A DNA stretch of 64,000 nt, taken from positions 28,051 through 92,050 of the forward strand of contig JAJDAN010000038.1 in the NCBI GenBank assembly GCA_029261855.1, read 5' to 3'. The stretch's first letter is position 1. Every line of letters begins with the position of its first letter. Of the stretch, positions 1 through 9,118 are shown in pieces. The DNA is from Deltaproteobacteria bacterium (GTDB taxonomy: Bacteria; Myxococcota_A; UBA9160; UBA4427). The translations under genes and the position numbers were made by a program. Under the pieces are notes generated by a model. That model saw only the letters and a program-made list of their open reading frames with translations. It was not told where the DNA came from and made no database searches.

Positions 1-217
1 GGGGCCCCGGAGCGCTGGCCTCCCGGTGGCTCTCGATGCAGAGCGCGGCGCCCACCGCGGCGGCTGCTTCGCGCAAGACGCGTGCGCTCGTCAGGTCGCG
101 GGTGTCGGCGCGGGGGCCGAGGACGATGGGGATTTCATCGGACTTGCGGGCGAGTGAGAAGTGACCGGGTTGCTCGAGGACCGAGCGGGGAGTCGGCAGG
201 ACCGGGGGCAGGGGCAT
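1..217 (-). CDS. hypothetical protein, N-terminal fragment running off the window edge
   Basis: ATG at 215-217 is the first start after an in-frame stop at 227-229. The frame stays open to position 1 (72 codons), with G/C-rich third positions and protein-like composition (MPLPPVLPTPRSVLEQPGHFSLARKSDEIPIVLGP...). It is absent from the supplied track because it has no stop in the window. No Shine-Dalgarno seen. Confidence 0.3.
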   Translation of the reverse strand, partial: MPLPPVLPTPRSVLEQPGHFSLARKSDEIPIVLGPRADTRDLTSARVLREAAAAVGAALCIESHREASAPGP

Positions 218-567
218 GGCGGGAGTCTAGAGGTCCCGCCGGAGCGCGCGCTTGCGTTCGCGAGCGTCGGGCGCCTGAAACGAAGAAGCGCCCGGAGCAG
301 CTCCTCGCACAAAGTGCGAAGGGAGGGGTAGCCGCCCCGGGCGCAGAGATCGAGTCTCTTTCTTCTCCCCGCCAGGTCTTGCGAACGTCTATCAAAGCAA
401 TCGCTGTGCCAGACATCCGCCCCGAAGTGACGTCCGGCTAAGTGGCTGGAATGTCGTGGTCTTCCTCACACGCGTTCCCGAGAGGCGGCAAGCGTCCCGC
501 AGGACACCGGCAGGCGGTGACGCAAATTGTGGTCCGACGACGGCGAGCGCCGGATCGAGTTGCGTGT

Positions 568-613
568 TGGCAGCGCGCGCGAGGACCTATTGGCAGCGCT
601 CGCGAGGACCTAT
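568..613. repeat. tandem direct repeat, 23 bp x 2 (TGGCAGCGC[G/T]CGCGAGGACCTAT), one mismatch
   Basis: Read directly: copy 1 at 568-590, copy 2 at 591-613. Copy 2 contains the complement of the mmuM stop codon (610-612). Confidence 0.85.
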
Positions 614-1494
614 GCGTTCGCGTCGAGTAGCTCGGCCAGGGCGCGCACGTGATCGGGGGTCGTGCCGCAGCAGCCGCCGATCATCCTGGCCCCGGCGTCG
701 AGCCACGTCTTCGCGTGCGCGGCAAAGACCCGCGGCGTGCCGTCGCCCCGGTGGAAGCTGCCGTCGGGAAGGGGTGCGCCCAGGTTCGCGTAGACGCAGA
801 AGGAGAGCCCCGAAGCGGACAGGAGGGAAAGGCAGGCGTCGGCGGCGGCGGCCGGCACACAGTTCACGCCCACTGCCGCGGGCCCGCTGCCCGCGACCGC
901 TTCGATCGCCGACGCCAGGGTTTCACCCGAGAGCAGGCACGCATCCGCGTCGACCACGAAGCTGACCCAGAAGGGCAGACCCGTGTCAGCGGAAGCCCGC
1001 GCGGCGACTCGCGCCTCGCGGACGCAGTTCATCGTCTCCACGGCGATCCCATCTACGCCCGCTGCCGCCAGGTTGTCGATGTGCTCCCGGTGCTCGCGCT
1101 CGAGCGCGCGTTCTTCGGGCACGAGGTCCGGCCGGTAGCAGTCTTCGAGAGGCGGCGCAGAGCCCGCGACGAGGACGTTGGGTGCAGCAGCTCGTGCAAG
1201 CTGGACGGCGGTCGCCGTCAGGCGCGCTGCGTCCGCGCCGGATCGTCCGGCGCGCTCGAGGGTGCGGCGCTGGGTACGGAAGCTGGCGGCCGTGAGCACC
1301 TCGGCACCAGCATCCGCGTAGTCCCGGTGGATGCGTTCGATTTCGCGAGGCGCTTCTTCCAGGGCATGTGTGGACCAGAGGGGCAGCGCGAGCGTCACCC
1401 CGCGGCGTTCGAGCTCTGTGCCCAGGGCACCGTCCAACAAGACCGGCGGACCCGAAGTCATGCGTGCGGCGAAACTGGCTCCGAGGACCGCCAT
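610..1494 (-). CDS. mmuM: homocysteine S-methyltransferase
   Basis: 294 aa. N-terminal LLDGALGTELERRG and C-terminal IGGCCGTTPDH zinc-ligand motif are typical of the S-methyl_trans family. Divergent from the 1515 gene with a 20-bp spacer. Confidence 0.85.
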   Translation of the reverse strand: MAVLGASFAARMTSGPPVLLDGALGTELERRGVTLALPLWSTHALEEAPREIERIHRDYADAGAEVLTAASFRTQRRTLERAGRSGADAARLTATAVQLARAAAPNVLVAGSAPPLEDCYRPDLVPEERALEREHREHIDNLAAAGVDGIAVETMNCVREARVAARASADTGLPFWVSFVVDADACLLSGETLASAIEAVAGSGPAAVGVNCVPAAAADACLSLLSASGLSFCVYANLGAPLPDGSFHRGDGTPRVFAAHAKTWLDAGARMIGGCCGTTPDHVRALAELLDANA

Positions 1495-1514
1495 CGTCTC
1501 TATACTCCGCCTTC

Positions 1515-4124
1515 ATGCCCGGGCCGTCCAGGATTCTGACTCACGGGGAGAGACTGCGCCTGGCACCGGTGCGGATCGGCGCGCGCGCCTTCGTCGGTGC
1601 CGGACCGCTTCCGGATGCGGGCGCGGCTGTCGTTCACTTCGCCGCGGACGAACTCGCGAGCGGCGAGCGACGCGTCGGCCCCCTGCACGTGTTTCTCGTG
1701 CGCCACGAGCAGAACCACTCGGCGACCCTCGAGATCGAGATCGAGAACCCGGGCGACGCGCCGGTGTTCGTCGAGAGCGTCGCGCTCGGCTTCCGGATGA
1801 CCGGCCACGACGAGGACGACATCCGTTTCCTGCGCAACGGCTGGCAGTCCTGGTCGCTGACCGCCACCAAACGACTCGACGAGGCGGGTGAGCCCGACTT
1901 CCCCTCCGGTCCGTGGCTGCGAGGCATGCATCACGTGGTGAACGAGCAGCCCGGGGACCGTGCGGGTTGGCACGAGTCGGCGACGGTCAGCGTCGCCGGC
2001 ACGGGCAGCGGCGGACCCGTGTGCCTGGCCGGTGTACTCGAGACCGGGCGCAACTTCGGGGTCGTGTACCTGCGCAAGGAAGCCGGCGCCGTGGCGGTCG
2101 AGGTCGAGCAGCGCGTCGAGACGCCTCTCGCGCCGGGAGAACGGCGTCGTCTCGAGGCGGTGCGGGTGGCGCTCGGTGACGAGCCCAATCGCCTGCTCGA
2201 GTCGTTCGGTGAGCTGTGGGGCCGCACTGCGGGCGCGCGCACGACGAGTCCCTTCCAGGTGGGTTGGTGCAGCTGGTACCACTTCTTCCACGACGTGACC
2301 GAAGACGATCTGCTTCGCAATCTGGAAGCGCTCGCGAAGTCCCGGGACGAGATCCCCGTCGAGGTCGTCCAGCTCGACGACGGCTACCAGCGCGCGATCG
2401 GTGACTGGACCGAGACGAACGACAAGTTCCCGCGCGGCCTCGCGCCCATCGCCAAGGAGATCCGCGCCGCGGGCTTCACCGCAGGACTGTGGACGGCGCC
2501 GCTGTGCGTCGTGGCCGAGAGCCGCGTCTACGAGACGCATCCCGAATGGCTGCTGCGCGAGGGCGATCGCTTCTTCCGCGGACTCGCGCACGACAAGTGG
2601 AGTGAGTCGTTCTGGGTGCATGCCCTCGATGCCACCCGCGAGCCCGTCATCGCTCACCTCGAGGCCACCTTCCGCGCCCTGACCGAGATGGGCTTCAGCT
2701 ATCACAAGATCGATTTCCTCCACGCCGGGGCCATGCTCGCGGAGGCCCACGACTCTCGCGTGACCCGCGCCGAGCGACTCAAGCGCGCGCTTCAGGCGAT
2801 CCGTCGCGGAATCGGCGAGGACTCCTTCCTGCTCGGCTGCGGCTCGCCCCTCGGTCCCGCCGTCGGCGTCGTGGACGCCATGCGCATCGGCCCGGACGTC
2901 GCGCCGCACTGGGATACCGCTCCGGACCCGATCCCCGGGCTCGAGCCCGTCGTGCCGTCGACCCGCACCGCCATCCAGAGCATCGTGCACCGGGCGTGGA
3001 TGCACCGGCGTCTGTGGGTCAACGATCCGGACTGCCTGATGGCCCGGCGCGAGCAGACGCAGCTCTCTCCGGACGAGGCGCGCTGTCTGGCGGACGCGAT
3101 CGCACTGACCGGCGGCATGGTTCTGGTGTCCGACGACGTCCCGCTGCTCGACGAGGCCAGCCGCACGCTCATCCGGCGCTGCGCAGAGGACGCGCGCCGA
3201 GTCGACGCGGCGGATACCCGTGGCGTCGCGCGCGTGGCCGACCTGCTCGCGGACGACGCGCCCGGGGTCGTGTTCACCGCGCGCGGTGTGGACGTCGCGC
3301 TTGCCGTGCTCAATACCCGAGACGAGGAGCGCGTCCTTCGTGTGGACGCGGGCCGTCTCGGCGTGCAAGAACGAGAGGTCGGCGAGCTGAACGCCCCGAC
3401 ACCGCCGCACGCGAGCAGCACGCACGTGCTCGCCGGCGCGCGGACGCTGGCCGTCTTCTGCGACTTCGACGGCACCTTCCTCGTGCAGGACGTCGGCTCG
3501 ACCCTGGCGAAGGCGCACATCCCGGAACGCCGCGAGCAGCTGTGGGATAGGTACGAGTCGGGTGAGCTCAGCGCCTGGGACTACACGCACGAGCTGCTCG
3601 ACGGCTTCGAGCTGCCCGAAGCCACGCTCGACGCGTTCCTCGATACCGTCGCGCTCGACCCGGGCAGTCGCGCGCTGGTGGCCTGGTGCGCCGATCAGGG
3701 CGTCGCCTTCGAGGTGCTCTCGGACGGCTTTGATCGCAATCTCGAAGCCCTGCAGCAGCGCAACGACATCCGCTTCGCCTATCGCGCGAACCATCTCGAG
3801 TACGTCGCCGGGCGCTGGAGCATCGCGCCGGGCCACCCGAGCTCGGTGTGCGGCTGCGGGACGGGAACCTGCAAGGGCACGATCATCGGCGCCTATCGCG
3901 CAGCGCACCCCAACGCGCTCTGCGTGCACATCGGGAACGGCCGCGTGTCGGACCTTTGCGGCGCTCGGGCCGCGGATCTGAGCTTCGCGCGCAGGGGCGA
4001 GAAGGACACCCTGGGTCCTGCACTCGAGGAATGCGGCGAGGCCTTCGGCTACTTCGAGACGCTGCACGACGTCGTCGCGTGTCTGGAGGCGCTTCGCAGC
4101 GGGAAGCCCCTCGTCCTGCCCTGA
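1515..4124 (+). CDS. fusion protein: clan GH-D (GH36-type) alpha-galactosidase-like domain + C-terminal HAD-IB/MtnX-like phosphatase domain
   Basis: 869 aa from ATG 1515; the track start at 1368 would overlap the divergent mmuM start. Glycosidase core motifs: WCSWYHFF, VQLDDGYQ, YHKIDFLHAG (Asp codon 2712-2714), GCGSPLGP..MRIGPD, WVNDPDCL. C-terminal ~225 aa: DFDGT (3462-3476), LSDGF, CGCGTGTCKG, IGNGRVSD, DLSFAR, arranged as in MtnX-type HAD phosphatases. Confidence 0.8.
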   Translation: MPGPSRILTHGERLRLAPVRIGARAFVGAGPLPDAGAAVVHFAADELASGERRVGPLHVFLVRHEQNHSATLEIEIENPGDAPVFVESVALGFRMTGHDEDDIRFLRNGWQSWSLTATKRLDEAGEPDFPSGPWLRGMHHVVNEQPGDRAGWHESATVSVAGTGSGGPVCLAGVLETGRNFGVVYLRKEAGAVAVEVEQRVETPLAPGERRRLEAVRVALGDEPNRLLESFGELWGRTAGARTTSPFQVGWCSWYHFFHDVTEDDLLRNLEALAKSRDEIPVEVVQLDDGYQRAIGDWTETNDKFPRGLAPIAKEIRAAGFTAGLWTAPLCVVAESRVYETHPEWLLREGDRFFRGLAHDKWSESFWVHALDATREPVIAHLEATFRALTEMGFSYHKIDFLHAGAMLAEAHDSRVTRAERLKRALQAIRRGIGEDSFLLGCGSPLGPAVGVVDAMRIGPDVAPHWDTAPDPIPGLEPVVPSTRTAIQSIVHRAWMHRRLWVNDPDCLMARREQTQLSPDEARCLADAIALTGGMVLVSDDVPLLDEASRTLIRRCAEDARRVDAADTRGVARVADLLADDAPGVVFTARGVDVALAVLNTRDEERVLRVDAGRLGVQEREVGELNAPTPPHASSTHVLAGARTLAVFCDFDGTFLVQDVGSTLAKAHIPERREQLWDRYESGELSAWDYTHELLDGFELPEATLDAFLDTVALDPGSRALVAWCADQGVAFEVLSDGFDRNLEALQQRNDIRFAYRANHLEYVAGRWSIAPGHPSSVCGCGTGTCKGTIIGAYRAAHPNALCVHIGNGRVSDLCGARAADLSFARRGEKDTLGPALEECGEAFGYFETLHDVVACLEALRSGKPLVLP

Positions 4125-4159
4125 GCTAAGCTCGCGCGCCGTACGACAGGATCCCCCCC

Positions 4160-5590
4160 GTGAGCGCTGACCCCCCCTCCGACACCTCCGCTGCAGAACG
4201 CCTCCCGGCCGCGTCTCATACCGCGGCACGGCTGCAGGACAAGACGGTTGCCATCGTCGGCGCCGGTCTTGCGGGTCTGCGCGCCGCGTGGGCTCTGCGC
4301 GTGGCGGGAGCACGTGTGGTCGTCGTCGAGGCGGGCGACGCCGTCGGCGGCAAGGCGGTGCTCGCGTCTCGGGACGGCTTCAGCACCGATCGGTCGCTGC
4401 AGGTTCTGGGTTTCGAGGACTCGCATCTGCTGAGATGGGCGAGCGAGGTGGACCTCGAATCGAGCTTGCTCCCGCTGCGTCCTGTCGCGACGGCCCAGCT
4501 GCACCGGGGCCGCGTCGTCGACTGCGATGCGCGCAGCCTGGCGGAGATCGCGCGCACGCCTGGAGTCCGCTGGCGCGACCGCGCGAGACTGCTCCGCCTG
4601 CCCCGATTGATGAACCGCTACGCCCCGCTGCTCGATCCGCTCCGCCCAGAGCGCGCGGCGGCCCTCGACTTTCGCAGCGTGTCCGACTTTTCCCGGCTCT
4701 ACCTCGGAAAGTCGATGCGCGACCGCTTCGTCGCACCGCGTATCGCGGCCGAGACCCTCGGTGACGAGTCCGAGCTGTCGCGCGTCGCGTTCCTGCTGCA
4801 GTGGCACCAGAGCCGCTGGGGCCAGGCGCGGCTGGGCGTCGCGGCCGCCGGTCTGGGAAGCCTGGCCGAGGCGACAGCACTCGCCGTCGACGTGCGGACG
4901 GGGCTGCGCGCGCAACAGGTCAAGGAGCTGCCCGGCGGCCGGCTCGCGCTGGAATGCAGCGGTCCGCGCGACAGCGGCCGGGACGAGAGCTTCGAGGTGG
5001 ACGCGCTGGTGATGGCGACGGCCGCGAGGGAAGCCGGTCGTATCTGCGCTTCACTCGTGACGCCTGCCGAGCGAGACTTCTTCGCCGGTGTGCGCTTCGG
5101 TCCGCGGATCACCCTGAGCGTCGCGAGCGATCGTCCGCTCACGGGGCTTCCCCAGCTCGTGCGCATCCCGCACGCCGAGGGTCGGACGATCGAAGTGATG
5201 CTGGTCGAGCCGGGTCTCGCGGGCGGCCGGGCGCCCGAAGGGACCGGGCTCGTGACCCTGTCCGCCACCCAACGCTTTGCCGAGCAGCACGCGAACGAAG
5301 ACGACGAGCGCGTCGAGGGGCAATTGCTCTCGAGCCTCGAAGCGATCCTGCCGCGACTCGCGTCGACACGGCGCTTCACCTGTCTGCAGCGCGACCCGCT
5401 CGGCGTCCCGCGTTTCGAAGTCGGGGCCTACAACGCTCTGGCGCGCTTCCAGGACGTCCAGAAGGACCGGCGATTCCTGGGTCGTCGCCTCTACTTCGCG
5501 GGCGACTATCTGGGCGGCCCGCGTTTCGAAGACGCGGTCGCATCGGGCTCCCGCGCGGCCGCAACGGCGATCTCTGACCTGGCGCGCTGA
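4160..5590 (+). CDS. FAD-dependent oxidoreductase, amine-oxidase/protoporphyrinogen-oxidase-like superfamily
   Basis: 476 aa, GTG start. Dinucleotide-binding VAIVGAGLAGLRAAWAL...VVEAGDAVGGK near the N-terminus and C-terminal LYFAGDYLGGPRFEDAVASG. Confidence 0.8.
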   Translation: MSADPPSDTSAAERLPAASHTAARLQDKTVAIVGAGLAGLRAAWALRVAGARVVVVEAGDAVGGKAVLASRDGFSTDRSLQVLGFEDSHLLRWASEVDLESSLLPLRPVATAQLHRGRVVDCDARSLAEIARTPGVRWRDRARLLRLPRLMNRYAPLLDPLRPERAAALDFRSVSDFSRLYLGKSMRDRFVAPRIAAETLGDESELSRVAFLLQWHQSRWGQARLGVAAAGLGSLAEATALAVDVRTGLRAQQVKELPGGRLALECSGPRDSGRDESFEVDALVMATAAREAGRICASLVTPAERDFFAGVRFGPRITLSVASDRPLTGLPQLVRIPHAEGRTIEVMLVEPGLAGGRAPEGTGLVTLSATQRFAEQHANEDDERVEGQLLSSLEAILPRLASTRRFTCLQRDPLGVPRFEVGAYNALARFQDVQKDRRFLGRRLYFAGDYLGGPRFEDAVASGSRAAATAISDLAR

Positions 5591-5612
5591 GGGCTCTGAC
5601 CTGGCCCGCTGA
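5572..5612. repeat. direct repeat, 19 bp x 2 with 22-bp period (CTCTGACCTGG[G/C]CGCTGA), one mismatch
   Basis: Copy 1 at 5572-5590 is the last codons plus the stop of the FAD oxidoreductase gene. Copy 2 at 5594-5612 lies in the 30-bp gap before the convergent mutS2 stop. A short CCCGC-TGAA-GCGGG hairpin (5605-5618) overlaps copy 2. Confidence 0.85.
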
Positions 5613-5620
5613 AGCGCGGG

Positions 5621-8011
5621 TCAGGATCCGACGATGGCGGTGGTGACGCCGTCGCCGCCGTGATCCGGGTCTCCGCCCTGGATGTCGCTGACGAATGGGG
5701 ATGCGGCCAGCTCTTCCCGCACCACCTGTCGCAGTGCGCCGGTTCCGATGCCGTGGATGAATTCGACGGCAGCGCGTTCGTCCGCCAGCGCGCGATCGAG
5801 TGCCTCGGTGACCCGTTCGCGCGCCGCTTCGGCGCGCAGGCCGCGCAGGTCGCAGTGCAGGGTTCCGCCGCCGGAGGGTGCGGTTTCGCGATGCGCCTTC
5901 TCGAGCACGACGCGCCCGTGCTCGGGGGGCGGCCCCGCGGCAGCGTCGACCGCGCCGATCTGGTCCACGGGCACGACCAGGGTGGCGCTGCCGCTCCTCA
6001 CCCGGACGCGCCCGCGCCGGTCCGGCAGGGATTCCAGCGCGCCGGGGGCTCCTCCCGGTAGCACGACACGATCCCCGACCCTCGCGTGCCTCCAGTCGAA
6101 GCGCTCGGCCGCAGGCGTGATGCGTGCGCGCACGCCGTGTTCCTCCTCGGCTTCGCGCGCGTCGGCTTCGAGTGCGAGCAGACGCTCTCGCGCCGCCGCC
6201 GCGTCCTGGGCCGAGCCGCCGCGTTGGACCTGGCGAATGATCGCCGCGACCTCGGCGTGGGCCTCCTTGAAGGAACGATCGAGGTCGTCGCGCATCTCGA
6301 TGAAGAGCCTGTCCCGGCGTTCCTGCAGGCGTTCGAGCTTCTCGCGGTACTCGTCGCGCAAGGTCTCGCTTTCGGCACGGGCGCTGGCGACCTCGCGTTG
6401 CTCGGCTTCGAGAGCCGCGCGACTCGACGACAGCTCCGAGAGCATGCGGTCCAGGCGTCGGTCCTCGCGGTCGAGCAGTGCGTTCGCGCGTTCGAGCACG
6501 CTGCCGGGCATGCCCATGCGAGCGGCCACCGCCGTCGCCGAGGAGGCACCCGGTGCGCCCATGTGCAAACGGTAGGTGGGGGCGAGGGTGTCCGGGTCGA
6601 AGTCGACACTGGCGTTGCAGAAGCGTCCGTCGACGCTCGCCATTTCCTTGAGCAGGTTGTAGTGGGTCGTCGCGATCACGCGTGTGCCCGCGTCGGCCAG
6701 GGTCTCGAGGATGGCCTGGCCGAGTGCCGCGCCCTCGCCCGGGTCGGTGCCGACGCCGACTTCGTCGAGCAGTGCCAGGCTGTTTTCGCCGGCGTCCTGG
6801 ACGATGCTCGACAGGTTCATCATGTGGGCCGAGAAGGTCGACAAGCTCTCGCGCATGTCCTGACCGTCGCCGATGTCTGCAAGCACGGCGTCGACCAGGG
6901 CCACGCGCGACCCTGGGTCCGCGGGGACGTGCAGGCCCGCGCGGACCATCAACGCCGCGAGGCCCAGGGACTTGAGGGCGACGGTCTTCCCGCCGGCGTT
7001 GGGCCCGGACACGACCAACACGTGCCAGCTCGTGCCGAGGGAAAGGTCGTTCGGGACCGCTTCGTCGGGATCGAGCAGTGGATGTCGCAGCTGGGGCAGC
7101 TCGAAGACGCCGTCCTCGGCGACAACAGGCTCGCTGCCCCGCATCTCCTGGGACAGGCGGCCCCGGGCGAACGCCAGGTCGATGAGGCCGAGCATCTCGA
7201 GGTCCACCCGCAGCACGTCCGCTGCTTCGGAGACCTGGACACTGAGCTCGCGCAGCACGCGTTCGATCTCGCGCACCACGGTGAGCTCGGCCTGCTTGAG
7301 GCGGTTGTTCAGGTCGACGACCGCCTCGGGCTCGATGAAGAGCGTCGTGCCCGAGCGCGATGCGTCGTGCACGATGCCGCGCACCGAACCGCGCGCGTCC
7401 GCCCGGACGGGCAGTACGTAGCGATCGTTACGGACCGTGTAGAAGTCGTCGGACAGACTCGGCGTGACCTTTGGGTCCTGCAGATAGCGGGCGAGTCGGC
7501 GCTGCAGGTCGCCCGCGAGCTGCTGGGCGTCGCGCCTCGCCGCAGCGAGCTCGCGCGACGCTTCGTCTCGGACCTCTCCGGCGGAATCGATGGCGTGGTC
7601 GATTTCCCGCTCGAGTGACCGATGATCGGAAATCACGTCCGCGAGCTCTGCAAGCTGGGGGCTGTTCTCCGCGCGGTCTGCGAGGAAGCGGGACGTCTCG
7701 CGCAGCGCCACCAGGCTGGTGTGCACGTCGCGCAGCTCGGCGGTCGTCATCACGCCGCCCTTGCCGGCGCGTCGGAAGCCGGCGGTCAGGTCGGAGACGC
7801 CCCCGATCGGCGGGATCTGGTCGCTGTCGAGCAGGGCCCGGGCCTCGCTGGTCTCGGCCAGACGCACCTTCACTTCGCGCAGGCTCGAGGCGAACTCTGC
7901 ACGCGGGTCCCCGGTCTTCGCCTGCGGGGTGCGGCAGAGCGCGAGCAGCCGCGCCGCCAGCTCGGGCCATTCGAGACGCTCGAGCGTGTTCTCCGTCACC
8001 CGAAAGCTCAT
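5621..8011 (-). CDS. mutS2: endonuclease MutS2 (MutS ATPase + C-terminal Smr domain)
   Basis: 796 aa from ATG 8011 (MSFRVTENTLERLEW...). Walker A GPNAGGKTVALKS, DEVGVGTDP, C-terminal Smr-like LHCDLRGLR...FIHGIGTGALR. The 348 codons upstream in the 1144-aa track ORF are antisense to murQ and were rejected. Confidence 0.9.
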   Translation of the reverse strand: MSFRVTENTLERLEWPELAARLLALCRTPQAKTGDPRAEFASSLREVKVRLAETSEARALLDSDQIPPIGGVSDLTAGFRRAGKGGVMTTAELRDVHTSLVALRETSRFLADRAENSPQLAELADVISDHRSLEREIDHAIDSAGEVRDEASRELAAARRDAQQLAGDLQRRLARYLQDPKVTPSLSDDFYTVRNDRYVLPVRADARGSVRGIVHDASRSGTTLFIEPEAVVDLNNRLKQAELTVVREIERVLRELSVQVSEAADVLRVDLEMLGLIDLAFARGRLSQEMRGSEPVVAEDGVFELPQLRHPLLDPDEAVPNDLSLGTSWHVLVVSGPNAGGKTVALKSLGLAALMVRAGLHVPADPGSRVALVDAVLADIGDGQDMRESLSTFSAHMMNLSSIVQDAGENSLALLDEVGVGTDPGEGAALGQAILETLADAGTRVIATTHYNLLKEMASVDGRFCNASVDFDPDTLAPTYRLHMGAPGASSATAVAARMGMPGSVLERANALLDREDRRLDRMLSELSSSRAALEAEQREVASARAESETLRDEYREKLERLQERRDRLFIEMRDDLDRSFKEAHAEVAAIIRQVQRGGSAQDAAAARERLLALEADAREAEEEHGVRARITPAAERFDWRHARVGDRVVLPGGAPGALESLPDRRGRVRVRSGSATLVVPVDQIGAVDAAAGPPPEHGRVVLEKAHRETAPSGGGTLHCDLRGLRAEAARERVTEALDRALADERAAVEFIHGIGTGALRQVVREELAASPFVSDIQGGDPDHGGDGVTTAIVGS

Positions 8012-8219
8012 GCGGGCGGAGACTAGCCGCGGTCTGCGACCTTTGCGTCGTCGCCGGTCTCCCCAGGACACTTCGCCCGGGGTCAGGCCCTGGCTGACGG
8101 CGCCCGCCGGAATCCGCTCGAGTCGCCGCCGACCGTCGTGTTGCCAGTGGCTTGCCGGCTGCGGATACGGCTGCAATCGGGCTTCAGGTCGCCCCCCGGG
8201 CGATCCGAAACAGGAATCC

Positions 8220-9062
8220 ATGGCCACCGATTCCTCGGCTGAGTCTCCGACCGAAGCGATCCTGGATGCTGCCCGGAATCTCGACGAGCAGAGCGTTCCG
8301 GACGTGCTGCAGCTGATGCACCGCGAAGATGCCGAGGCCCACGCGGCGGTCGGCCGGGTGTTGCCGGAGATCGCCGCGGCGGTCGACGTACTCGTGTGCT
8401 CCCTGCGCGGAGGCGGGCGCTGGTTCAACGTCGGTGCCGGCACGAGTGGGCGCATGGGCGTGCTCGACGCGGCGGAGATCCCTCCGACCTTCGGGATGCC
8501 CAAGCAGACCGTGCAGGCCATCATCGCCGGCGGCGAGCGGGCGTTGCGCGACGCAGTCGAGGGAGCCGAGGACAACGTCGACGCGGCCCGCTTCGAGCTG
8601 AACGAACGCGGGCTGGCCATGGGCGACGTGGTCGTGGCGTTGTCCGCGAGCGGCAGGACGCCGTATTCCCTGGGTGCCTTCGAGGCGGCGCACGCAGTGG
8701 GTGCGCGTCGCATCGCGATCACCTGCGCCCGGGGCTCCGCTCTGGCCGAGGCCGCCGAGATCGCGATCGTTCCCGAGGTGGGGCCCGAGGTCATCGCCGG
8801 ATCGACCCGCTTGAAGGGTGGACTGGCGCAGAAGATGGTCCTGCACCTGCTGTCGACGACGGTGATGGTCCAGCTGGGGCGGGTGAAGGGAAACCTGATG
8901 ACGAACATCGCCCCGGTGAACGAGAAACTGCGCGAGCGCGCGGTTCGCATCGTGGTGCAGCTCGCCAGCGTCGATCCCGTGCAGGCGCGAGCATTGCTCG
9001 ACGCCAACGACGACAACGTGGCGGCGGCGGTCCACGCCGCCCACAGTTCCGACAACCGTTGA
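8220..9062 (+). CDS. murQ: N-acetylmuramic acid 6-phosphate etherase
   Basis: 280 aa from ATG 8220, preceded by AGGA. SIS-domain etherase pattern: GAGTSGRMGVLDAAEIPPTFG, SASGRTPY, GSTRLKGGLAQK. Confidence 0.9.
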   Translation: MATDSSAESPTEAILDAARNLDEQSVPDVLQLMHREDAEAHAAVGRVLPEIAAAVDVLVCSLRGGGRWFNVGAGTSGRMGVLDAAEIPPTFGMPKQTVQAIIAGGERALRDAVEGAEDNVDAARFELNERGLAMGDVVVALSASGRTPYSLGAFEAAHAVGARRIAITCARGSALAEAAEIAIVPEVGPEVIAGSTRLKGGLAQKMVLHLLSTTVMVQLGRVKGNLMTNIAPVNEKLRERAVRIVVQLASVDPVQARALLDANDDNVAAAVHAAHSSDNR

Positions 9063-9118
9063 GCTGACTCGGGCCGGGGGCGTGCGCGGCAGCAAGCCCG
9101 AGGCTCCGATTCCGGCCG

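Noticed and set aside
1500-4313. 937-aa minus-strand ORF
   Set aside because: It is antisense to the GH36/HAD gene. Its composition is Arg/Ala/Gly/Pro-rich with no recognisable motif, which is the typical GC-driven shadow ORF.
8012-9055. N-terminal 348 codons of the 1144-aa ORF 5621-9055
   Set aside because: This part is antisense to the well-supported murQ and has junk-like composition. MutS2 homology begins at the ATG at 8011.
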